A DNA stretch of 44,806 nucleotides, from NCBI GenBank assembly GCA_025357235.1, contig JANXPQ010000528.1, positions 1 to 44,806 on the forward strand, given 5' to 3'. Source of the stretch: Betaproteobacteria bacterium (GTDB taxonomy: Bacteria; Pseudomonadota; Gammaproteobacteria; Burkholderiales; JACQAP01). Positions 9,072 through 21,329 of this stretch are shown here, piece by piece (position 1 is the first letter of the stretch; each line of letters starts with the position of its first letter). Under the pieces are notes generated by a model. That model searched no databases. It saw nothing but the letters and a program-made list of their open reading frames with translations, and was not told the origin of the DNA. Made by a program: the position numbers and the translations under genes.

Positions 9072-9603
9072 CCTGGCCCCGTTCGTCGGCTCGCTGTTGC
9101 TTTATTATTTCTGGAAACCGCAGACGTTCACCAACTATGGCGAACTCATTTCGGCGGCGCCGTTGGCCGGTGTGACCATTCCCGCGAGGGATGGCAAGGC
9201 ATTTCGCATCGACGAATTGCGCGGCAACTGGGTATTCCTGATGGCCGATTCGGGTAACTGCGACGACTACTGCCAGTCGAAGTTATACGTCATGCGCCAG
9301 ATCCGGCTTACCCAGGGCAAGGATCAGGAACGCATCGAACGCGTCTGGCTGATTCCCGATGGCGTGCGGCCCTCGCCTGGCATCGAAGCCGAGTATCGGG
9401 GCACGCGCACGATTCTGCCAGCCAATGGTGATTTTCTCGCTCGCTTGCCAGCTTCCGATTCGCCGCGCGACCACATTTACGTCATCGATCCGTTCGGCAA
9501 TCTGATGATGCGTTTTCCCCGCAACGTCGATCCGCAGCGGATGAAAAAGGACGTCAACAAGTTGATCAAGATGTCCGGCGGCTGGATCCAGACCGGGCAA
9601 TAA
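9010..9603 (+). CDS. membrane-anchored cox-cluster protein with a Sco-like CxxxC motif
   Basis: An N-terminal TM helix (MLLLLGAISLAPFVGSLLLYYFW) is present. The segment WVFLMADSGNCDDYCQSKL resembles the Sco pattern hydrophobic strand-CxxxC. The alternative start ATG 9046 would still overlap SURF1. Confidence 0.55.
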   Translation: MSNVPDRKKTRRMLLLLGAISLAPFVGSLLLYYFWKPQTFTNYGELISAAPLAGVTIPARDGKAFRIDELRGNWVFLMADSGNCDDYCQSKLYVMRQIRLTQGKDQERIERVWLIPDGVRPSPGIEAEYRGTRTILPANGDFLARLPASDSPRDHIYVIDPFGNLMMRFPRNVDPQRMKKDVNKLIKMSGGWIQTGQ

Positions 9604-9616
9604 CGCCGAACCAACG

Positions 9617-10729
9617 ATGAGCAATCCGGCAGTCTGGCAATTTTCGCTGAATGCATTGCATGCCGCTATGTGGGGCGGTTCGCTGTTCGTCGCCCTGCTC
9701 GTCTTCATACGCTTCGTGAGGTCGCGTACTCTGGTCGTCGCGGCTTTGCTGGCGACTCTCGCGCTGGCAATGCTGGGTGCTTATGTTCGCCTGACCAACG
9801 CGGGGCTCGGTTGCCCGGACTGGCCGGGATGCTATGGAAAGCTATCGCCCACCCACGCCGCGGACCAGATTCAGGCCGCGCAAGTGGCGGCGCCAGAGGG
9901 TCCTGTTTCGCAGCCGAAAGCATGGCGCGAGATGATCCATCGGTATTTCGCGTCCTTTGTGGGCGTGATGATTCTGGCAATTGCGATACAGGCGATGGAC
10001 AATCGACGAAGACGTTCAGCGGACGCGGATGATCCTGGACGTGGGATTGGATTGCCGCTCGCGCTTGTGTTCCTCGTCGTGTTGCAGGGATTGTTCGGCA
10101 AGTGGACGGTGACGCTGCTACTGAAGCCGGTGATCGTGACCCTGCACCTGCTGGGCGGAATGACATTGGTTGCTTTGTTGGCCTGGTTGTCCGCGCGCCA
10201 TCTGCAACTGACCGGGGGCCAGCCTTCCGCATTGCGCAGCATCCGTCCGATGGCCGCAATCGCACTGATCGTGCTCTCCACGCAGATCGCCCTGGGTGGC
10301 TGGGTCAGCACGAACTACGCGGCCCTGGCCTGCGTGGATTTTCCGACCTGTCATGGCACCTGGAAACCGGCCACGGATTTTGCCCATGGGTTCCATTTCT
10401 TGCGCGAGCTGGGCATGACCGCCGAAGGAGAGCCGCTGTCGAACGACGCGTTGAATGCAATCCATTGGGCGCATCGCATCGGCGCACTGCTGACCTTTCT
10501 TGCCTTGGCCTATGTAGCACATCGTGCGATGCGGTCGCCGGCGTTGAGCGGATTGAGCAAGGTGGTGTTGGCGCTCTTATTCATACAGGTAACGCTGGGA
10601 ATAGCCAATGTGCTGGGTAGCCTGCCGCTACCGGTCGCCGTCGCGCACAACGGCGTCGCTGCCCTGTTACTCGCCGTTCTGGTAATGCTAAACTTCGCCA
10701 CTCGTTCGCCATCCTCGTTCGGCCGATAA
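9617..10729 (+). CDS. ctaA: haem A synthase (COX15/CtaA)
   Basis: Paired Cys motifs CPDWPGCYG and CVDFPTCHG are present, with conserved His residues in a multi-TM protein. Confidence 0.9.
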   Translation: MSNPAVWQFSLNALHAAMWGGSLFVALLVFIRFVRSRTLVVAALLATLALAMLGAYVRLTNAGLGCPDWPGCYGKLSPTHAADQIQAAQVAAPEGPVSQPKAWREMIHRYFASFVGVMILAIAIQAMDNRRRRSADADDPGRGIGLPLALVFLVVLQGLFGKWTVTLLLKPVIVTLHLLGGMTLVALLAWLSARHLQLTGGQPSALRSIRPMAAIALIVLSTQIALGGWVSTNYAALACVDFPTCHGTWKPATDFAHGFHFLRELGMTAEGEPLSNDALNAIHWAHRIGALLTFLALAYVAHRAMRSPALSGLSKVVLALLFIQVTLGIANVLGSLPLPVAVAHNGVAALLLAVLVMLNFATRSPSSFGR

Positions 10730-11638
10730 ATGTCCGTTTCGCTTCCATCCAGGAGTTACGCCTCGCGGCTGCAACAGTTCCTGCAGCTCACCAAGCCGCG
10801 CGTGGTTTCGCTGATAGTTTTTACCGCGGTGATCGGCATGTTTCTGGCAGTGCCAGCAGAAGAATTGGCGTCGCCTCACTTCTGGACGGCGGCAGTGTTT
10901 GCGACGCTGGGCATTGCGCTGGTAGCCGGCTCCGCTGCCGCAATGAATTGCCTGGTGGAGCAGAAAATCGATGCGGTAATGGCGCGCACCCGCGCCAGGC
11001 CGCTTCCCATGGGTACAATCACCTCGCAGGAAACCTTGCTGTTTTCCGGCGCGGTGGGCGGTATCGGATTGACGTTGCTTTATGCGCTCGTGAACCCGCT
11101 GACCATGTGGCTCACCCTGGCAACCTTCGTCGGCTACGCCGTGATCTATACCGTGCTGCTGAAGCCGCTTACTCCGCAGAACATCGTGATCGGCGGTGCT
11201 TCAGGCGCAATGCCGCCCGTACTGGGCTGGGCGGCGGTGACCGGCGGAATTTCGCATGATGCACTTCTGCTTTTCCTGATCATCTTCGCGTGGACGCCGC
11301 CCCATTTCTGGGCGCTGGCGTTGTATCGCAAAAAAGAATATGCGCGCGCCGGTGTACCGATGCTGCCGGTCACGCATGGTGATCGATTCACACGTTTGCA
11401 CGTTTTGCTCTATACCGTGATTTTGGTCGCGGTGACGATGCTGCCCTTTTCCACGCGCATGAGTGGTCTGATCTACCTGGCTGCGGCAGCCGGGCTGGGC
11501 GGATTGTTCCTGATCTATGCAGTGCGAATCTGCCTGGCCTACAGCGATGAGCTGGCGAAAGAGACCTTCCGCTATTCGATCCTCTATCTTTCGCTGCTGT
11601 TTGCCGCGCTTCTGGTCGATCACTATCTGCGGTTTTGA
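10730..11638 (+). CDS. cyoE: protohaem IX farnesyltransferase (haem O synthase)
   Basis: It has a UbiA-family architecture with LTKPRVVSL and [21 protein letters not shown] motifs. It starts one base after the ctaA stop. Confidence 0.92.
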   Translation: MSVSLPSRSYASRLQQFLQLTKPRVVSLIVFTAVIGMFLAVPAEELASPHFWTAAVFATLGIALVAGSAAAMNCLVEQKIDAVMARTRARPLPMGTITSQETLLFSGAVGGIGLTLLYALVNPLTMWLTLATFVGYAVIYTVLLKPLTPQNIVIGGASGAMPPVLGWAAVTGGISHDALLLFLIIFAWTPPHFWALALYRKKEYARAGVPMLPVTHGDRFTRLHVLLYTVILVAVTMLPFSTRMSGLIYLAAAAGLGGLFLIYAVRICLAYSDELAKETFRYSILYLSLLFAALLVDHYLRF

Positions 11639-12267
11639 GCGAAGCGGAAAGCCGGTATTCTTTCCAATTTTATCGCCCAGTGATCTCCTTTCCGCGCATT
11701 CTTGCCTTCGCACTCTTATCCATCCTGGCTGGCTGTCACTCGGAACAGCCGAGCTTCCAGTCCACGGACATCACCGGCGCGGAATTCGGCAAATCATTTG
11801 CCCTGACTGACCACAACGGCAAGCGGCGCTCGTTGGAGGACTTTCGCGGGCAGGTTGTGGTGATGTTTTTCGGTTTCACCCATTGTCCCGATGTCTGCCC
11901 GACGACGCTGGCGGAACTCGCCGGCGCGGTAAGGAAACTCGGACCGGCTGGAGAAAAAGTTCAAGTGTTGCTGGTGACCATCGATCCGGAGCGCGATACG
12001 CCCGAGTTGCTTGCGAAGTATGTTACGGCGTTCAATCCGAAATTCCTGGCATTGCGAGGCAATGCCGACGAGACGGCGCGCGTGGCGAAGGAATTCAAGG
12101 TGATTTACCAGAAGGTGGCTGGCCAGCGTCCGGAAAATTATGCGATGGCTCATTCGGCCGGTAGTTATATTTTCGATCGGCAAGGCCGCCTGCGGCTGTA
12201 TGTGGGTTACGGTCGAGGTGCGGATGTCTTCGCGCATGACATAGATCTGCTGTTGAAGCAGCCTTGA
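11635..12267 (+). CDS. SCO family copper chaperone / thiol-disulfide oxidoreductase lipoprotein
   Basis: A lipobox LSILAGC and the motif [14 protein letters not shown] are present. The TTG start overlaps the ctaB stop; the exact start is uncertain. Confidence 0.88.
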   Translation: MSEAESRYSFQFYRPVISFPRILAFALLSILAGCHSEQPSFQSTDITGAEFGKSFALTDHNGKRRSLEDFRGQVVVMFFGFTHCPDVCPTTLAELAGAVRKLGPAGEKVQVLLVTIDPERDTPELLAKYVTAFNPKFLALRGNADETARVAKEFKVIYQKVAGQRPENYAMAHSAGSYIFDRQGRLRLYVGYGRGADVFAHDIDLLLKQP

Positions 12268-12275
12268 ACCCCGTC

Positions 12276-12307
12276 AAAAAAAGCCCCGCATTGCGGGGCT
12301 TTTTTTC
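12276..12307. terminator. bidirectional intrinsic terminator between convergent sco and rpoH
   Basis: AAAAAAA-GCCCCGC-ATT-GCGGGGC-TTTTTTT. Confidence 0.85.
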
Positions 12308-12326
12308 AGACTGTTGCTGTCGGCCT

Positions 12327-13187
<861 letters not shown>

Positions 13188-13278
13188 GGAATAAATCTCC
13201 TCTACGGAAATTTTAGCACTCATGCCTTAAGAGTGCCAATCGCCTCAAAAGTTCGCCCTTATTCCCCACCTGGATCCA

Positions 13279-14184
13279 CTACTGGGGCTCTATATACCAT
13301 AAGTGACGACTCACTGATAACCAGGCGCCCAACCATCCGAGCAGGGCTGAAAATCCCAGCAATATCATGGTGTCACTGAAACCGGGCCAGTCCAGTTTGA
13401 AAATGACCCCATAGAGCCCGGACAAATCTGCAAGCTGAATATTGAGGAAGAGGACTGCCAACGCCACGATCGCCCACGCGGCGAAGCCTCCCGCCAGTCC
13501 CTGCAGGGCGCCGAAATAGAGAAACGGCCGTCGAATGAAAGCATTTGTAGCGCCTATCAGCTTGGACACTTCGATTTCATCGCGACGGGTGAGAATCTGC
13601 AGTCGTATGGTATTGAAGGTCACGGCCACCAACGCAATAGCCAGCAATACCGCGAGCAGAGTTACCAGCATGCGTCCGACATTCAAGGCCGCGTCGAGTC
13701 GGCGCGCCCATTCGGCATCCAGCTGCACGTGCTCGACCTTGGGCCATTTGCGCGCCTGATCGTGCAGCGCCTCCAACGTGCCGGGGTCATTACTGCGCGC
13801 GGTGACGATAAACGCATCGGGAAGGGGATTGTGGCCGAGGTTCGCGAGGACGTCGGAGAGACCGGCACTGCGCTTGAGGCGGGCCAAAGCCTGGTCGCGG
13901 GTAATGAACGCCACCCTGCCGATTTCCGGATTGGATTTCAAGCGCTGTTCCACCGCCGCAACTTCGGCTGCGCTGGCATCGACAGCCATGAAAATGCTCA
14001 CCTGGGGGTCGCTGGATAATTGCCGCGAGAACGTCTGCAGATGGTTCAACCCGAGATAAAAACCGGCGGGCAGCGACAAGGCTATGCCGATCACAATTAC
14101 GTTCAGGGCCGACGCGACCGGATGCCGAAACAGCCGCGCCAAGCTCTCGCGCAGGGTGTCGAGGTGAACCAGGAGCCAGTTCAT
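13279..14184 (-). CDS. ftsX: cell division permease-like protein FtsX
   Basis: It has one N-terminal TM helix, a periplasmic domain and three C-terminal TM helices. It is ATGA-coupled to ftsE. Confidence 0.88.
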   Translation of the reverse strand: MNWLLVHLDTLRESLARLFRHPVASALNVIVIGIALSLPAGFYLGLNHLQTFSRQLSSDPQVSIFMAVDASAAEVAAVEQRLKSNPEIGRVAFITRDQALARLKRSAGLSDVLANLGHNPLPDAFIVTARSNDPGTLEALHDQARKWPKVEHVQLDAEWARRLDAALNVGRMLVTLLAVLLAIALVAVTFNTIRLQILTRRDEIEVSKLIGATNAFIRRPFLYFGALQGLAGGFAAWAIVALAVLFLNIQLADLSGLYGVIFKLDWPGFSDTMILLGFSALLGWLGAWLSVSRHLWYIEPQ

Positions 14185-14834
14185 GTGGCGATCCTGCCAT
14201 GGTCGAGATGCAGAATGCGCGGGCCCAGCCGTTCGATCATGTCCTCATCATGCGTGGCGATGACCACAGTCACGCCAACCTGGTTAAACGACTTGAACAT
14301 GCCGATGATTTCCTCGGCATAAGCGGTATCGAGATTTCCAGTGGGTTCATCGGCGAGCAGGATTGCGGGGCGATTAACGATGGCGCGAGCGATGCAAAGG
14401 CGCTGTTGTTCCCCACCGGACAGCGTGATGGGTTTGGCCTTTTCGCGCCCGAGCAGACCGACCTTGTCGAGCGCGGCACGGGTGCGTTTTGCAATCTCTC
14501 CGCGTGGAAAACCGGTAATCGCCAGGGGCAATGCCACATTCTCGAACACACTGCGGTCGAACAGCAGCTTGTGGTCCTGGAAAATCAGCCCGAAATTGCG
14601 TCGGAAAAAGGGAATCATCCCCGGCTTCATTGCCGATACGTTCTGGCCATTGATGACGACACTGCCCGCGGTCGGCTTCTCGATGGCTGTAATCAATTTC
14701 AGCAACGTACTTTTGCCCGCGCCGGAATGGCCTGTGATGAAGACCATTTCTCCGGGTTCCACCGCGAATGTTACGTCGCGCAATGCTTCATAACCGCCCT
14801 CATAGCGCTTGGAAACATGGCTGACCTGGATCAT
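14181..14834 (-). CDS. ftsE: cell division ATP-binding protein FtsE
   Basis: Walker [10 protein letters not shown], signature LSGGEQQR and Walker B ILLADEPT are present. ATG 14834 gives [11 protein letters not shown], matching the usual FtsE N-terminus. The alternative GTG 14861 overlaps the ftsY stop. Confidence 0.9.
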   Translation of the reverse strand: MIQVSHVSKRYEGGYEALRDVTFAVEPGEMVFITGHSGAGKSTLLKLITAIEKPTAGSVVINGQNVSAMKPGMIPFFRRNFGLIFQDHKLLFDRSVFENVALPLAITGFPRGEIAKRTRAALDKVGLLGREKAKPITLSGGEQQRLCIARAIVNRPAILLADEPTGNLDTAYAEEIIGMFKSFNQVGVTVVIATHDEDMIERLGPRILHLDHGRIAT

Positions 14835-14857
14835 CGAGCCGCGTGCCGTCTCCACAC

Positions 14858-15820
14858 TCACTCGAACAGAGCCTCCACGAATTGCGCCGCAGAAAATGGC
14901 CGCAGATCGTCCACCCCTTCGCCGACACCGATAAAGCGCAAAGGAACGGGCTTGTGGCGCGCCATGGCGGCGATCGCGCCGCCCTTGGCCGTGCCGTCCA
15001 GTTTCGTCAGGATGATTCCGGTAACGCCCAGCGCTGCGTCGAAGGCCTTCACCTGATTGACGACGTTCTGTCCGTTGTTGGCGTCGAGCACAAGCAGCAC
15101 TTCGTGCGGGGCATCGGGAATGGCCTTGGCAATCACCCGCTTGACCTTGCGGATTTCTTCCATGAGATGCAATTGTGTCGGCAGGCGTCCAGCGGTGTCC
15201 GCGATGACTACGTCGATATTTTTTGCCTTGGCCGATTGAATCGCATCGAAAATAACCGCGGCCGTGTCACCGCCTTCCTGCGCAATGACAGTCACGTTGT
15301 TGCGCTCACCCCATACTTTCAGCTGCTCACGCGCCGCGGCACGAAATGTGTCGCCCGCAGCCAGCAGAACGGATTTGCCCTCCGTCTGGAAGAGTCGCGC
15401 AAGTTTGCCGATCGACGTGGTTTTGCCGGCACCGTTCACACCCGCGATCAGGATCACGAAGGGTTTGGCCCGGGTGGTGTCCAGTGGCTGTTCCAGCGGT
15501 TTCAACAATTCGAGCAGCGCCTGCTGGAGTACGCCGCGGATTTGCGAGGCTTGCGTCAACCCTTGCGCCCGCGCCCGCGCGCGCGTTACATCGAGCAGAT
15601 GTGTGGTTGCGTCGACGCTTACGTCGCAGGAAAGCAGGATCGTCTCCATTTCGTCGAACAGCGCTTCATCAATCTTGCGTCCCGCGTCGAACACGCTTGC
15701 AAACTGGGCTGCCAGGCGCGCGCGGGTGGCAGCCAGGCCCTTCCGCAGTTTCGCGGCCCAGCCAGTACCGCCACCGGCGTCCGCTACTTCACTCTTGTCA
15801 CGCTTCAGGAAACTTAACAT
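14858..15820 (-). CDS. ftsY: signal recognition particle receptor FtsY (short A domain)
   Basis: NG domain motifs [16 protein letters not shown] and [10 protein letters not shown] are present. Confidence 0.93.
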   Translation of the reverse strand: MLSFLKRDKSEVADAGGGTGWAAKLRKGLAATRARLAAQFASVFDAGRKIDEALFDEMETILLSCDVSVDATTHLLDVTRARARAQGLTQASQIRGVLQQALLELLKPLEQPLDTTRAKPFVILIAGVNGAGKTTSIGKLARLFQTEGKSVLLAAGDTFRAAAREQLKVWGERNNVTVIAQEGGDTAAVIFDAIQSAKAKNIDVVIADTAGRLPTQLHLMEEIRKVKRVIAKAIPDAPHEVLLVLDANNGQNVVNQVKAFDAALGVTGIILTKLDGTAKGGAIAAMARHKPVPLRFIGVGEGVDDLRPFSAAQFVEALFE

Positions 15821-15903
15821 ACTCTCACGCTGTCAGATTGACGCTCGTAGTTGCAACTAACAACGACAATTCTATTCTGTTTACTCCCGGTCCACCCACA
15901 AGC

Positions 15904-17295
15904 ATGTTGACCACGCATTTCCCGATTCGATCCGTTGTCGTTGCCCTGGCTCTGATGTGCGGGGGTGCAGTTGCTTCGGCGGCGACGGTTGAGCAGCGGA
16001 CACTGGCCAATGGCATGAACATCATCGTCAAAGAAGATCACCGCTCGCCGGTCGCGGTGTCGATGGTCTGGTATCGCGCCGGCAGCATGGACGAGGTCAG
16101 CGGCACCACCGGTGTTGCGCATATGCTCGAGCACATGATGTTCAAAGGCACGAAGAAAGTGCCGGTAGGCGAATTTTCGCGAACCGTTGCCCGAGCGGGG
16201 GGGCGCGAGAATGCCTTCACATCGCGCGACTACACTGCGTACTACGAGCAGCTGCATAAATCAAAATTGCCTCTCGCGATGGAATTGGAAGCCGATCGCA
16301 TGGTCAACCTTTCCTTTGCCGAAGAGGAATTCGCCAAAGAGTCCAAGGTGGTGATGGAAGAGCGCCGTTCGCGCACCGATGACGATCCGCATTCCCAGCT
16401 GAACGAGCAGTTGATGGCCACCATTTACATATCGCACCCCTATCGTTCGCCGGTAATCGGCTGGATGAACGACCTGCAGAACATGCAGCTCGTCGACGCG
16501 CGCGGCTGGTACGAAAAATGGTATGCGCCGAACAATGCGACGCTGGTTGTCGCCGGCGACGTCGAGCCGGAAGAAGTATTCAAGCTCGCGGAAAAATTTT
16601 TCGGGCCGATTCCTGCGCACGCACTGCCGGAGCGCAAGATGCAGATCGAGCCGCGCCAGTTCGGCATCAAGCGCATCACCGTCAAGGCCCCGGCCGAGTT
16701 GCCCTATCTGGTCATGGCCTATCACGCGCCGGTGTTGCGCGATGTCGAAAAAGATTGGGAACCGTATGCGTTGTTCGTGCTCAACGGCATTCTTGACGGC
16801 AGCGATGCATCGCGGCTCAATCGCGAGCTCGTCAGAAAGACACGCGTGGCGGATTCAGCCAATTCCAGCTATGACCTGATCAATCGCGGACCGGCGCTCT
16901 TCTTCCTCGATGGGGTTCCCGCCGAGGGAAAAACGGTGGCCGACGTCGAAGCGGCGCTGCGCGACCAGATTCGCGTACTGGTGGAACAGGGGGTCAGCGA
17001 CGACGAGCTGCAGCGGGTCAAAGCGCAGGTCACGGCCTCCCAGGTTTACGCGCGCGACTCGGTCTACTACCAGGCGATGCGCATCGGCATGTTGCAGACC
17101 ATCGGATTGCCGTTTGACTCATCGGACCTGCAGGTGAAGAAATTGCAGGAAGTAACCGCCGACCAGGTGCGTGAAGTGGCGCGCAAGTATCTGGTCGACG
17201 ACAACCTCACCGTCGCGGTGCTGGATCCGCAACCTTTGCCCGGCGGCAAGCGCCCGCGCCCGAATCCCGAAGGAGGCGGACGTGACCAGCGCTAG
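15904..17295 (+). CDS. M16 family zinc peptidase, catalytic subunit type
   Basis: A signal peptide (ALALMCGGAVASAA) and the inverted zinc motif HMLEHMMFKG (HxxEH) are present. The 15346 start is rejected because it overlaps ftsY on the opposite strand. Confidence 0.88.
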   Translation: MLTTHFPIRSVVVALALMCGGAVASAATVEQRTLANGMNIIVKEDHRSPVAVSMVWYRAGSMDEVSGTTGVAHMLEHMMFKGTKKVPVGEFSRTVARAGGRENAFTSRDYTAYYEQLHKSKLPLAMELEADRMVNLSFAEEEFAKESKVVMEERRSRTDDDPHSQLNEQLMATIYISHPYRSPVIGWMNDLQNMQLVDARGWYEKWYAPNNATLVVAGDVEPEEVFKLAEKFFGPIPAHALPERKMQIEPRQFGIKRITVKAPAELPYLVMAYHAPVLRDVEKDWEPYALFVLNGILDGSDASRLNRELVRKTRVADSANSSYDLINRGPALFFLDGVPAEGKTVADVEAALRDQIRVLVEQGVSDDELQRVKAQVTASQVYARDSVYYQAMRIGMLQTIGLPFDSSDLQVKKLQEVTADQVREVARKYLVDDNLTVAVLDPQPLPGGKRPRPNPEGGGRDQR

Positions 17296-18613
17296 CCTAC
17301 GGTGTTTGAAAGGTTGGCTGGCGCTTGCCTGCATGGTTGCGGCACCCGCAGCGAACGCCACCTTGCCTATCCAACAATGGCAGACGACCAGTGGTGCGCT
17401 GGTATTGTTCGTCGAAACGCACGATCTGCCGATGCTGGATCTGGCGGTGGATTTTCCGGCAGGCGCCAGTCGCGACACAGCCGACAAATCCGGAGCCGCA
17501 TCGTTGACCCTGGGATTGATGCGTAGCGGCGCAGCGGCGCTTGGCGAAGACGAGATCTCCGAGCGCCTGGCCAGTATCGGCGCTGACATGTCAGGCCGTT
17601 TCGACATGGACCGGGCAGGCTATGGATTGCGTACCTTGTCGAGCGTGCGTGAACGCGAGGAGGCATTGGGCTTGTTGGCGGCTGTACTGCAGAAACCCAC
17701 ATTCCCGCAGAAGATGTTCGAACGCGAGCAGCAGCGCACGCTGGCCGGACTGAGGGAAGCCGAGACCCGGCCCGAGGTTCTGGCCGATCGGGAATTCAGG
17801 CATCTGCTCTACGGCGGGCATCCCTATTCCCGGCGCGGCTCGGGCGAAGCGGAAACGGTCGCGAAGTTGCGTCGCGAGGACCTTGTTGACTTCTATCGCC
17901 GGTATTTCACTGCGGGCGATGCAGTGGTGTCGATCATCGGTGACCTGACCCGCGCCGAAGCCGGCGCGATTGCCGAACAATTGACGGCGGGCCTGAATCG
18001 CAGATCGCAACCATTGCCGCCGTTGCCGCCGATCGCGCAACTCGCAACCCCGCAGGTGAGCCGGATAGCGCATCCTGCGACCCAGGCACATATTCTCATT
18101 GGTCAGCCTGGCATCAAGCGCCTGGATCCCGATTATTTTCCGTTATTCCTGGGCAACTACGTGCTCGGCGGCGGTGGTTTTTCTTCCCGGCTTAACGACG
18201 AAATCCGGCAGAAGCGCGGATATGCCTATAGCACTTACAGCTATTTCAATCCGTTTGCGCTGGAAGGCCCATTCCAGCTCGCGGTGCAGACCAAGAAGGC
18301 CACGGCGGAAGAGGCATTGAAAGTGGCACAGGACACGCTGGCAAGATTCGTGGCGGAAGGCCCGACGCCGCAGGAACTGGAGGCTGCAAAACAGAACATC
18401 ATCGGCGGTTTTCCCTTGCGTATAGACAGCAACAAGAAAATTCAGGATTACCTTGCAATCATCGGCTTCTACCGGTTGCCGCTGACCTATCTGGATGATT
18501 TTCCCGTCCAGATCGAACGAGTCACGCTGGAACAGATTAAAGACGCCTGGCGCCGGCGCATTCATCCCGATCGCATGGCCACTGTGGTCGTTGCCGGCGT
18601 CGATTCGCACTGA
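17282..18613 (+). CDS. M16 family peptidase, non-catalytic subunit type (no HxxEH)
   Basis: GTG 17282 is preceded by GGAGG and gives a signal peptide ending ANA. The fold is M16-like without the zinc motif. It overlaps the upstream M16 gene by 14 nt. Confidence 0.8.
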   Translation: MTSASLRCLKGWLALACMVAAPAANATLPIQQWQTTSGALVLFVETHDLPMLDLAVDFPAGASRDTADKSGAASLTLGLMRSGAAALGEDEISERLASIGADMSGRFDMDRAGYGLRTLSSVREREEALGLLAAVLQKPTFPQKMFEREQQRTLAGLREAETRPEVLADREFRHLLYGGHPYSRRGSGEAETVAKLRREDLVDFYRRYFTAGDAVVSIIGDLTRAEAGAIAEQLTAGLNRRSQPLPPLPPIAQLATPQVSRIAHPATQAHILIGQPGIKRLDPDYFPLFLGNYVLGGGGFSSRLNDEIRQKRGYAYSTYSYFNPFALEGPFQLAVQTKKATAEEALKVAQDTLARFVAEGPTPQELEAAKQNIIGGFPLRIDSNKKIQDYLAIIGFYRLPLTYLDDFPVQIERVTLEQIKDAWRRRIHPDRMATVVVAGVDSH

Positions 18614-18691
18614 CCTGCGCGCATTGATTCCGAAATACTGCGCGGGCGTGTTAGCCTGCGCTGCATCGGCAACTTCCGTTCGCTCCCGCGC

Positions 18692-19999
<1,308 letters not shown>

Positions 20000-20017
20000 T
20001 CATTCTTTAGTCAAGCC

Positions 20018-20821
20018 TCACGGCTTGCGGTGCTCGACGCCGTACTTGGCATAAATCCGGGTAACGGTGCCGTCGGCCAGCAGCCTGTCGAGCACCCCGT
20101 TGATGGCGTCGACCAGAGCCTGGTCCGACTTGCGCAATCCCACCGAGACTTCCCATGCGAGCATCGGCTCGCTGTCGAAGGCATTTACCACTCGCAGCCC
20201 CGAGTCCGGGTGCTGGAACACCTCGTAGCTCATCATCGCCGTCGAGATCGCGGCGCCGTAAATCTCGCCCTTCTGCAGGTCTTCCAGCATGTCCGACTGG
20301 AAGGCATAGGGTGAAAACGATTTCCCGGCCTTGCCGAGGACCATCGCGGCGATCGAGTTGATCATCACGCCGATCTTCTGGCCCTTCTTCAGTTCCTTGA
20401 AGTCGGTAATCGGTTCGGCGTCGGCGCGAAATCCAAGCGCGACCCCCGATTTCTGGTAGGGATGAGTCAGCAGCAGGCGGCCTTCATACATCTTGGGGTC
20501 GTTCGCGTTGTCGAACATCAGATCGCAATTGACGATGTTGGCGCGGCGGCGGGGGAAAATCCATTCGACGTTGAGCGGCAAGCCCAGGCCTTCGGCGATC
20601 GCCCGGCCCAGCTCAATCTGGAATCCGGGCTTGTCAGGGTCCTTGCTGGCATAGGGAAGCGCATTGTCATTGGCACACATGGATATCGCGCCCAGCGATT
20701 TTACTTCGGCGAGCGTGCGCGCTGCCGCATCTTCGGCGGCAGGCAGCGAAAGCGCGGCACAGACGCCGGCCATGATTACCAGGCCGTGCAACTTGCCATT
20801 GAGTCGGTGGGAAAGCTTCAT
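20018..20821 (-). CDS. quinoprotein-dehydrogenase-associated periplasmic substrate-binding protein (MoxJ/XoxJ-like, PBP type 3)
   Basis: It has a signal peptide and a PBP3-like sequence (ISMCANDNALPYASKD...GFQIELGRAIAEGLG). It overlaps the upstream cytochrome c gene (ATGA) downstream of a PQQ dehydrogenase. Confidence 0.7.
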   Translation of the reverse strand: MKLSHRLNGKLHGLVIMAGVCAALSLPAAEDAAARTLAEVKSLGAISMCANDNALPYASKDPDKPGFQIELGRAIAEGLGLPLNVEWIFPRRRANIVNCDLMFDNANDPKMYEGRLLLTHPYQKSGVALGFRADAEPITDFKELKKGQKIGVMINSIAAMVLGKAGKSFSPYAFQSDMLEDLQKGEIYGAAISTAMMSYEVFQHPDSGLRVVNAFDSEPMLAWEVSVGLRKSDQALVDAINGVLDRLLADGTVTRIYAKYGVEHRKP

Positions 20822-21180
20822 GATGGATTCTGGGGCTCTTCCCCCTCTTTCAGGCTGCGGATGAACTTTATGATCTGGCGGATCTGATCGTCGTTGAAGA
20901 CGCTGCCGAAGGCAGCCATGCGTCCCGGCAGGCCGTGCTTGACCCTATTCATGATGAAATCGTCACTGCGCGCCGTATTCATCAGTTGAGGACCCTTGGC
21001 CGCCCTGCGGCCGTAATCCTCATGGCAGAAGCCACAGATGTTGCGGAACGTGCTTTTCACATCAAGTGGCTTGGCCGGTTCCTTCTGCTCGTCGGCCTGG
21101 GCCATCGAAGCAAGGCCCAAGGCCAGCACGGCGCCGATCAACAGGCGCTTTGCTTGCGGGAAAGTTGTAGTGGTTCTCAA
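20818..21180 (-). CDS. small monohaem class I c-type cytochrome
   Basis: A signal peptide, a single CGFCH haem site and a distal Met context LPGRMAAF are present in 120 aa. Confidence 0.8.
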   Translation of the reverse strand: MRTTTTFPQAKRLLIGAVLALGLASMAQADEQKEPAKPLDVKSTFRNICGFCHEDYGRRAAKGPQLMNTARSDDFIMNRVKHGLPGRMAAFGSVFNDDQIRQIIKFIRSLKEGEEPQNPS

Positions 21181-21272
21181 TGCAGTCGTCCTTGTTGAAA
21201 TAAGACAGATACTCGCGGCGCATGGTTCGTGCCGCTTGCGAACATTAACGATTTGAAACTCGCTTACGTGGA

Positions 21273-21303
21273 CAAAAAAGGGCGGGAACCGAGGTTCCCG
21301 CCC
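21273..21303 (-). terminator. strong intrinsic terminator directly after the PQQ dehydrogenase gene
   Basis: On the minus strand, GGGCGGGAAC-CTCG-GTTCCCGCCC (10 bp stem) is followed by TTTTTTG. It lies 27 nt after the stop codon and upstream of the cytochrome c gene. Confidence 0.85.
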
Positions 21304-21329
21304 TGAAGTAATGCCTGACTAGCTGTCGC

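Noticed and set aside
15346-15903. A 186-codon N-terminal extension of the M16 peptidase ORF. Analogous extensions occur at 23076-23288 (PQQ dehydrogenase), 26397-26639 (GldG-like), 28096-28200 (ABC ATPase), 40843-40935 (ruvB) and 30522-30725 (ispE).
   Set aside because: The extensions overlap neighbouring well-supported genes or intergenic promoters and are Arg/Pro-rich. Internal starts give proper signal peptides or conserved N-termini with Shine-Dalgarno sequences or start-stop coupling.
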